A DNA stretch of 10,183 bases from an uncultured Erysipelotrichaceae bacterium (GTDB lineage Bacteria > Bacillota_I > Bacilli_A > Erysipelotrichales > Erysipelotrichaceae). The notes beneath the pieces were generated by a model. The model saw nothing but the letters and a program-made list of their open reading frames with translations. It ran no database searches and was not told the DNA's origin. The DNA lies in assembly GCA_964457525.1 (NCBI GenBank), contig CAYWGS010000054.1, positions 1 to 10,183 on the forward strand. Direction: 5' to 3'. The position numbers and the translations under genes were made by a program. Shown in pieces: positions 4,396 through 10,183 of the stretch; the stretch's first letter is position 1; every line of letters begins with the position of its first letter.

Positions 4396-7300
4396 AAGAA
4401 CTATTAAATACTCTAAGCTCAAATCAACTCATACAAGACTTTTCATTAGGGAAAGTCTCTTTTGCACATCTATCTGTTACTCAAGAAGCACTCTTAATAG
4501 CGTCTAGTTATAAACAAAGTCCTAGACCCATCGTAATTATTAAGAGTAATCTCTATCAAGCCCAACAGCTTCATGAAAAGATTCAGTTTTGGTGTGAAGA
4601 TAAGGTTGTATTATTTCCAGTTGAAGAATCACTTCGTGTAGAGGCGATCGCCGCATCCCCAGAAATCAATGCAATTCGTATGGAAACCTTATCCAGACTA
4701 AGTATTGAGAAGGATTTAATCTGTATTACCCATGTAGGGGCTGCGATTCGTCACTATCCACACCCTAAATTCTTTGAAGAGAATCGTGTAGAACTAAAAG
4801 TTAATCAAGTTATTCAACTCGAAGAATTAAAATCACATTTAAGAAAATTGGGCTATACCGAAGTAACAAAAGTAGACCAACCAAGTTGTTTCGCATCCCG
4901 TGGGGGTATTATTGATGTATTCCCAATCAATACAGACCAACCAATTCGTATTGAATTCTTTGATCAAGAGATTGAAAGTATTCGTATATTTGATATTGCG
5001 TCACAAAGAACACAATCGATTATTGATTCAATATCCATTCAACCTTGTAGTGATTTAATCTTTTCAGATCAAGAAATCCAAGAGATTAAAGAAAGAGTTG
5101 AAATTCAACTTCAAAAAGAGAAACAAGTTCGTAAGTTAGAAGCTTATTCAGAACTCGAAGAAGTGATTGAACGTGATTTAGGTTTAATCGAACATCATCT
5201 AAAAGAAAATCATTTGTATCGCTATCGTATGTTAACCAAGACTCAGGGACATTTGTTTCAATACTTTGAACATCCGCATATCATTCTTTCATCGACAGAA
5301 GATGTGGATGAGCATATCAAACGCCTACAAGATGAAACAATTGATTATTGTGTCGAATTATCCTCTCACAATCAAGCATTTGCCTTATATGATGTGTTTA
5401 ATCATCTCTATGATAAGTTAGCTGGGTATAAGAGAATCGACTTCAGACGCTTTGAAACAAAGAGTTCTCATGCACGATTACCGTTTAGAGAATTGGATGT
5501 TCCTCAAGAGAGTTTATTGCAACATGCGAAAGAACTCAGAGATTATTCTGAGAAGATGTTGGTGATATGTTGCCTTAAGGAACACGAAATCAAACAATTA
5601 TTACCGATGTTAGTGGATCTTAAAGTTCCTTATTCTGTTCGACTCAAACAAACTATAAATCCTCAACTCGTTATCTTAAACCAAGACTTAGATGAAGGAT
5701 TTGAAATACTAGAACCACATATCCGTGTATATGGTTCAAAAGAACTCTTTAATCATACGGTTCATATTGGACGTTATCAAAGTAAGTTCAAAGAAGCAGA
5801 AACACTACACTCCTATCAAGAACTTGAAAGAGGAGATTATGTTGTCCACCATCAATATGGTGTAGGGCAATATATAGGAACGATTACCAAAGAAGTAAAC
5901 GGAATACACCGTGACTTTTTACATATCGTTTATCGCAATGACAGTAATTTATACGTTCCATTAGAACAATTCCAACTTGTTCGAAAGTTTGTGTCACGAG
6001 AAGGGGTTGTGCCTAAGTTACATACCTTAGGATCCAATGAATGGAAGAAGACGAAGGCAAAGATTAAAGAAAATGTAAAGGATATCGCAGAGAGACTCAT
6101 TGAACTCTATGGTACACGTGAACATGAAATCGCGTATCAATTTGGTGAAGATACAGAGATGCAAATAGAGTTTGAACAAGAGTTCGAATATCCTTTAACC
6201 CGCGACCAGGAACAAGCCGTTATCGATGTGAAGAACGATATGATGAGTAAGAAACCGATGGATCGCTTACTCTGTGGAGATGTTGGATTTGGTAAGACAG
6301 AAGTTGCGCTTAGAGCTGCTTTTAAAGCAGTCAGTGAGAAGAAACAAGTCGCATTCTTATGTCCTACAACCGTATTATCCGCTCAACACTATCGAACCTT
6401 TATGCATCGTTTAGAGAATTTTCCTGTGAATGTGGCTGTTTTAAATCGTTTCGTACCTGAATCACATGTTAGAGAGATTGTTAAAGCAGTAAAAGAGGGA
6501 AGAATTGATATCTTAATTGGGACTCATCGAATCTTATCTAAGGATATTCAATTCAAAGATCTAGGCTTACTCGTCATCGATGAGGAACAACGCTTCGGGG
6601 TTGAACACAAAGAAAAAATCAAAGAAGTTAAGAAATCAGTACACGTACTCTCTTTAAGTGCGACACCAATACCTCGTACATTACAGATGTCATTAGTTGG
6701 AGTTCGTTCATTATCACAACTAGAAACACCTCCTCTTAATCGATTACCCATCTTAACTTATGTTATAGAGAAGAATAAATCAGTGATACGAGATGTCATT
6801 CAACGTGAATTATCACGCAATGGACAAGTATTCTATTTATACAATAATGTGGCAGAAATTCATAATGTCGCACTACAAATCGAAAAAGATATTCCTGATG
6901 CGAAAGTAGCGGTTGCGCATGGTCAAATGCATCGGGATGATATCGAAGATGTCATGTTAAGGTTTAACAATAATGAAGCAAATGTCTTAGTTTGTACAAC
7001 GATCGTAGAAACGGGGATTGATATTCCAAACGCAAATACGATACTCATCGATCAAGCCGATAAATTCGGTTTATCTCAGTTGTATCAAATTAAAGGACGT
7101 GTAGGACGATCCAATCGATTAGCGTATGCCTATTTAATGTACCAACCACGTAAACAACTCTCAGAAATCGCACAGAAACGTCTTCAATCCATCAAAGAAT
7201 TCACCGAACTCGGTAGTGGATATAAGATTGCGATGCGTGACTTAACCATTCGTGGGGCAGGTGAAATGTTAGGCGATTTACAGTCTGGGTTTATTGATAC

Positions 7301-7841
7301 AGTCGGAATTGATATGTACATTGAGATGCTTCAACAAGCCATTGAAGAAAAACGTACAGGTATTATTGTAGAAGATTCTGAGCCTGTGATTAAACAAACC
7401 ATTCAGATTGATGGTTATATCCCACAACAATTTGAACCTAAAGACTTTGAGAAATTATCGCTCTATCAAAGAATTGATGAAGCGAAGACACAAAGTACAT
7501 TGGCAAAATTACAAGAAGAAACCCAAGACTTGTATGGAAAACTTCCTAAATCAGTTGTACTCTTGTTTGAAAAGAAACGTTGGGAACTCTTATTGGAATC
7601 TCCGTTTGTACAAAGTTTCAAAGAACTCAAGAATGAACTTCAACTCATCTTTACCAGTGATTGGTCGAGTAAGGTTGATGGGGTTAAATTCTTTGAGATG
7701 GTATCTAAGCTATCGAATGAAGTAAAATTAAAATATACCGGTGGGAATATTGTGTTACTTATTCCTAAGATGGATGATTGGTTATTCCTAGCAACCTCTA
7801 TCCTTGATAAAACACAAACGATTCCACTCAAAAGGAGTTAA
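4392..7841 (+). CDS. mfd: Transcription-repair coupling factor Mfd
   Basis: 1149 aa. UvrB-homology module (RGGIIDVFP...PIRIEFFDQEIESIRIFD). CarD-like RNAP-interacting domain (GDYVVHHQYGVGQY). SF2 motifs GDVGFGKTEVA, DEEQRFGV and SATPIPRTL. TRG-type motif (RGAGEMLGDLQSG). Confidence 0.96.
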   Translation: MKELLNTLSSNQLIQDFSLGKVSFAHLSVTQEALLIASSYKQSPRPIVIIKSNLYQAQQLHEKIQFWCEDKVVLFPVEESLRVEAIAASPEINAIRMETLSRLSIEKDLICITHVGAAIRHYPHPKFFEENRVELKVNQVIQLEELKSHLRKLGYTEVTKVDQPSCFASRGGIIDVFPINTDQPIRIEFFDQEIESIRIFDIASQRTQSIIDSISIQPCSDLIFSDQEIQEIKERVEIQLQKEKQVRKLEAYSELEEVIERDLGLIEHHLKENHLYRYRMLTKTQGHLFQYFEHPHIILSSTEDVDEHIKRLQDETIDYCVELSSHNQAFALYDVFNHLYDKLAGYKRIDFRRFETKSSHARLPFRELDVPQESLLQHAKELRDYSEKMLVICCLKEHEIKQLLPMLVDLKVPYSVRLKQTINPQLVILNQDLDEGFEILEPHIRVYGSKELFNHTVHIGRYQSKFKEAETLHSYQELERGDYVVHHQYGVGQYIGTITKEVNGIHRDFLHIVYRNDSNLYVPLEQFQLVRKFVSREGVVPKLHTLGSNEWKKTKAKIKENVKDIAERLIELYGTREHEIAYQFGEDTEMQIEFEQEFEYPLTRDQEQAVIDVKNDMMSKKPMDRLLCGDVGFGKTEVALRAAFKAVSEKKQVAFLCPTTVLSAQHYRTFMHRLENFPVNVAVLNRFVPESHVREIVKAVKEGRIDILIGTHRILSKDIQFKDLGLLVIDEEQRFGVEHKEKIKEVKKSVHVLSLSATPIPRTLQMSLVGVRSLSQLETPPLNRLPILTYVIEKNKSVIRDVIQRELSRNGQVFYLYNNVAEIHNVALQIEKDIPDAKVAVAHGQMHRDDIEDVMLRFNNNEANVLVCTTIVETGIDIPNANTILIDQADKFGLSQLYQIKGRVGRSNRLAYAYLMYQPRKQLSEIAQKRLQSIKEFTELGSGYKIAMRDLTIRGAGEMLGDLQSGFIDTVGIDMYIEMLQQAIEEKRTGIIVEDSEPVIKQTIQIDGYIPQQFEPKDFEKLSLYQRIDEAKTQSTLAKLQEETQDLYGKLPKSVVLLFEKKRWELLLESPFVQSFKELKNELQLIFTSDWSSKVDGVKFFEMVSKLSNEVKLKYTGGNIVLLIPKMDDWLFLATSILDKTQTIPLKRS

Positions 7842-7842
7842 T

Positions 7843-8133
7843 ATGCGTATTGATCAATACTTGAAAATAGCGAGAATTGTTAAGAAACGTCCTGTTTCAA
7901 AGGAATTAGCGAATCAGGATCGTATTTTAATCAATGGACGTAAGGCAAAACCATCCAGTGAAGTTAAAATTGGAGATGAAGTGGATTGTGTATTTGGGAA
8001 TCGTCATCTCAAAATACGTGTTTTGGCCATTGCAGAGAATATAAAAAAGGCACAAGCTCTAACCTTGTATGAAGTAATCAGTGAAGAACGCATTCAACTC
8101 GAAAATAGAGTGAATGAATTGAATAATGACTAA
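7843..8133 (+). CDS. rqcP: S4-domain RNA-binding protein, YabO/RqcP (Hsp15-like) family
   Basis: I start it at ATG 7843 (96 aa: MRIDQYLKIARIVKKRPVSKELANQDRILINGRKAKPSSEVKIGDEV...). GGAG at 7834-7837 lies 5 nt upstream. The sequence aligns closely with my recollection of B. subtilis YabO. The track start at 7804 lies inside mfd and has no RBS. Confidence 0.8.
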   Translation: MRIDQYLKIARIVKKRPVSKELANQDRILINGRKAKPSSEVKIGDEVDCVFGNRHLKIRVLAIAENIKKAQALTLYEVISEERIQLENRVNELNND

Positions 8134-8146
8134 ATGAGGGTATAAT
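8119..8146 (+). promoter_or_regulatory. Putative promoter for divIC (TTGAAT-16-TATAAT) inside the 3' end of rqcP
   Basis: -35 TTGAAT at 8119-8124, a 16-nt spacer, and -10 TATAAT at 8141-8146. The ATG is 11 nt after the -10. Confidence 0.4.
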
Positions 8147-8157
8147 AAACTTACATC

Positions 8158-8466
8158 ATGAGAAAGAAAGTAAAAAATCGTTTTAACAGTATCGTAGTAA
8201 GCCTTGCACTATTGGGTGGAACCATATTTTTATTGATTCCAGTTATCGAAGAAGTAGGTAATACATTTAGGTTAAGTGAAACTTTAAAGGAAGTCCAAGC
8301 TCAACTGGTTGTGTTGGAACAAGAAAACACAAGTTTGAATGAACAAAAGACGAAGTTGCTTGATCCAGAGTATGTTAAGAGTTATGCTAGAGCGAATTAT
8401 ATGTTAACCAAAGAGGGTGAACAGATTTATTACCTTCCTAAAGATGATGAACAAGATAATGATTAA
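8158..8466 (+). CDS. divIC: Septum formation initiator family protein (DivIC/FtsB-like)
   Basis: 102 aa. It has a basic N-terminus, a single TM segment (IVVSLALLGGTIFLLIPV), a coiled coil (LKEVQAQLVVLEQENTSLNEQKTKL), then DPEYVKSYARANYMLTKEGEQIY, typical of the family. The position downstream of yabO matches Bacillus. Confidence 0.75.
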   Translation: MRKKVKNRFNSIVVSLALLGGTIFLLIPVIEEVGNTFRLSETLKEVQAQLVVLEQENTSLNEQKTKLLDPEYVKSYARANYMLTKEGEQIYYLPKDDEQDND

Positions 8467-8495
8467 GAAGGGTTAACCTTCTTTTAGTTTTCTTT
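8465..8495 (+). terminator. Probable rho-independent terminator after divIC
   Basis: 7-bp stem AAGAAGG (8465-8471) / CCTTCTT (8477-8483), loop GTTAA, then a T-rich tail TTAGTTTTCTTT. Confidence 0.5.
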
Positions 8496-8507
8496 GAAAT
8501 AGCTTCG

Positions 8508-8516
8508 TGCTATTAT
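8508..8516 (+). promoter_or_regulatory. Possible extended -10 promoter (TGCTATTAT) for gpmI
   Basis: TGn-TATTAT at 8508-8516, about 25 nt upstream of ATG 8541. TTGAAA at 8494-8499 is too close to act as a canonical -35. Confidence 0.3.
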
Positions 8517-8540
8517 TAAAACGCAAAAAAGGAGAATGTT

Positions 8541-10112
8541 ATGAAAAGACCAGTAGTATTTGTCGTAATGGATGGTATTGGACTATCTGAAAACAAGTTT
8601 GGTAATGCAGTGACTGCAGCGTATAAGCCAACCTTAGATAAATTGATGAGTACCGTACCTTATACAAAAATTCAAGCCCACGGTGTAGCCGTTGGTTTAC
8701 CAAGTGATGAAGATATGGGGAATAGTGAAGTAGGACACAATGCGATTGGATGTGGCCAAATCTATGCTCAAGGGGCTAAGTTAGTCAATAATTCCATCGA
8801 AACAGGTGATATCTTTACTTCAGAAACATGGAATAAGGCTACAGCTCAAGCAAAAAACTCAACAATGCATTTTATTGGATTATTATCTGATGGAAATGTT
8901 CATTCACACATTAATCATTTAATCGCTATGGTCAAACAAGCGAAAAAAGATGGTGTTAAGAAAGTTCGTTCACACATCCTATTGGATGGACGTGATGTTC
9001 CTGCAACTTCTGCACTTATCTATGTTGAACAATTAGAAAATGAATTTAAAGCATTGAACGATGCGAACTTCGAAGCAAAAATTGCGTCTGGTGGCGGTCG
9101 AATGCTTGTGACCATGGATCGCTATGATGCGGACTGGGCTATGGTTGAACGTGGTTGGAAGACACACGTATTAGGTGAAGGACGTCAATTCGTATCCGCT
9201 ACAGAAGCAATCGAAACATACCGTGCTGAAACACAATGTAATGACCAATTCTTACCAGCATTCGTTATCGCAGAAAATGGTGAACCTGTTGGTAAGATTG
9301 TGGATGGCGATACCGTTATCTTCAATAACTTCCGTGGTGACCGTGCGATTGAAATCACTAAGGCATTTGAATTCGCGGATAAAGATTTCCCTTACTTCGA
9401 TCGTAAATTTGTACCAAATGTATTCTATGCAGGTATGTTACAGTACGATGGAGACCTTGCGATTCCTAAGAACTTCTTAGTTGCACCTCCACGAATTAAA
9501 AATACATTAAGTGAAAAGCTTGTTAAAGAAGGCGTAAAACAATTCGCCATCAGTGAAACACAAAAATTCGGTCACGTAACCTACTTCTGGAATGGTAACC
9601 GTACTGAAAAGTTTGATGATAAATTGGAAACTTATGTAGAAATCAAATCGGATCTCGTTCCATTTGAACAAAGACCTTGGATGAAAGCAGCTGAAATTAC
9701 AGACAAACTCATCGAAGCAATCGAATCTCAAGAATATGGATTCTTACGTTGTAACTTCCCTAATGGAGATATGGTTGGTCATACAGGTAACTTCTTGGCA
9801 ACAGTCATTGGGGTTGAAACGGTGGATCTACAATTGAAACGTATCATGGATGCGGTTGAAAAGGTAAATGGTATCTTAGTTGTGACAGCTGACCATGGTA
9901 ATGCGGATGAAATGTATGAAAAGTCCAAAGATCCTAACGCTACACCTAAACCTAAAACTAGTCATACTTTAAATCCTGTCCCATTCTTCATTATTGGGAA
10001 AGATGTTGAGTATAAAGAAGGTCATTTTGGTTTAGCGAATATCGCTTCTACCTTAACTGACTTAATGGGTATTGAAAAAGATCCTGCTTGGTTAGAAAGT
10101 TTAATTAAATAA
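8541..10112 (+). CDS. gpmI: 2,3-bisphosphoglycerate-independent phosphoglycerate mutase (iPGM)
   Basis: 523 aa. Motifs: VVMDGIGL, the catalytic-Ser motif MGNSEVGH, LLSDGNVHSH, FGHVTYFWNGNR, NGDMVGHTG and TADHGNADEM. RBS GGAG at 8531-8534 lies 6 nt upstream. Confidence 0.94.
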   Translation: MKRPVVFVVMDGIGLSENKFGNAVTAAYKPTLDKLMSTVPYTKIQAHGVAVGLPSDEDMGNSEVGHNAIGCGQIYAQGAKLVNNSIETGDIFTSETWNKATAQAKNSTMHFIGLLSDGNVHSHINHLIAMVKQAKKDGVKKVRSHILLDGRDVPATSALIYVEQLENEFKALNDANFEAKIASGGGRMLVTMDRYDADWAMVERGWKTHVLGEGRQFVSATEAIETYRAETQCNDQFLPAFVIAENGEPVGKIVDGDTVIFNNFRGDRAIEITKAFEFADKDFPYFDRKFVPNVFYAGMLQYDGDLAIPKNFLVAPPRIKNTLSEKLVKEGVKQFAISETQKFGHVTYFWNGNRTEKFDDKLETYVEIKSDLVPFEQRPWMKAAEITDKLIEAIESQEYGFLRCNFPNGDMVGHTGNFLATVIGVETVDLQLKRIMDAVEKVNGILVVTADHGNADEMYEKSKDPNATPKPKTSHTLNPVPFFIIGKDVEYKEGHFGLANIASTLTDLMGIEKDPAWLESLIK

Positions 10113-10130
10113 AACGCTCAATTGAGCGTT
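10113..10130. terminator. Perfect 18-nt palindrome hairpin after gpmI, possibly a bidirectional terminator
   Basis: AACGCTCAATTGAGCGTT gives a 7-bp stem with an AATT loop. The plus-strand tail is only TTT. The minus-strand tail is TTTTATTT (complement of 10105-10112), so it fits a convergent minus-strand transcript better. Confidence 0.45.
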
Positions 10131-10147
10131 TCAGACTGTAGACAAAT

Positions 10148-10183
10148 ACGGGGTTAAAAGTTGAATTGAAACTTTAACTCCGT
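10148..10183. other. Long imperfect hairpin cut by the right window edge
   Basis: ACGGGGTTAAAAGTT (10148-10162) pairs with AACTTTAACTCCGT (10170-10183). That gives about 14 bp with one bulge and one G-T pair, and a GAATTGA loop. Function unknown. Confidence 0.25.

Noticed and set aside
6548-6751. A 67-aa minus-strand ORF antisense to mfd. The same applies to the ORF at 7640-7831 (-).
   Set aside because: Both lie entirely within the strongly supported mfd CDS. They show no protein-like motifs and no RBS, as expected for antisense open frames.
7408-7725. A 105-aa plus-strand alternative-frame ORF inside mfd.
   Set aside because: It is a low-complexity, K/N/R-rich translation typical of an off-frame reading of A/T-rich coding DNA. 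The mfd frame explains the region fully.
7804-7842. The ORF-track start at 7804 for the S4-domain protein (MIKHKRFHSKGVN extension).
   Set aside because: The extension lies inside the mfd coding region and has no RBS. ATG 7843 has GGAG 5 nt upstream and gives the canonical MRIDQYLK S4 N-terminus.
9175-9731. Alternative-frame ORFs inside gpmI: 9175-9480 (+) and 9507-9731 (-).
   Set aside because: They are embedded in a highly conserved enzyme gene and have no RBS or recognisable motifs. They are spurious.
1-10183. A search for a novel defence, mobile or accessory system: CRISPR repeats, transposase or integrase genes, phage genes, toxin-antitoxin pairs, long direct or inverted repeats, and unexplained long ORFs on either strand.
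   Set aside because: Every long ORF has a confident housekeeping identity. The intergenic gaps are short, and origin elements, promoters and terminators account for them. The only unexplained coding signal is the broken small ORF at 1259-1598. I therefore treat the window as core DNA rather than claim a new system.

Overview
This window is a chromosomal replication-origin neighbourhood from a low-GC Bacillota-type genome. G+C looks like roughly one third by eye; I did not compute it. The genetic code is standard: every Trp in the long ORFs is TGG, and the 1149-codon mfd has no in-frame TGA.

Layout:
- dnaA lies on the minus strand and runs off the left edge. It is missing from the ORF track.
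- A divergent intergenic region of about 1 kb follows. It holds one perfect and six single-mismatch DnaA boxes, phased A/T-rich repeats, and a small gene that appears frameshifted.
- A co-directional plus-strand housekeeping array follows: rpmH (also missing from the ORF track), rnpA, yidC (lipoprotein type), jag/khpB, pth, mfd, an S4-domain yabO/rqcP-like gene, divIC/ftsB-like, and gpmI.

I found no CRISPR array, transposase, integrase, phage gene, toxin-antitoxin pair or recognisable defence or novel multi-gene system. I consider this core, ordinary DNA. The second-look items are modest: origin architecture, the broken small ORF inside the origin region, possible leaderless or short-leader starts for pth and divIC, an intra-operon terminator before an SD-less rnpA, unusual synteny, and a plant/trypanosomatid-like iPGM. 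All homology statements rest on reading the translations and on remembered family motifs. No searches were run.
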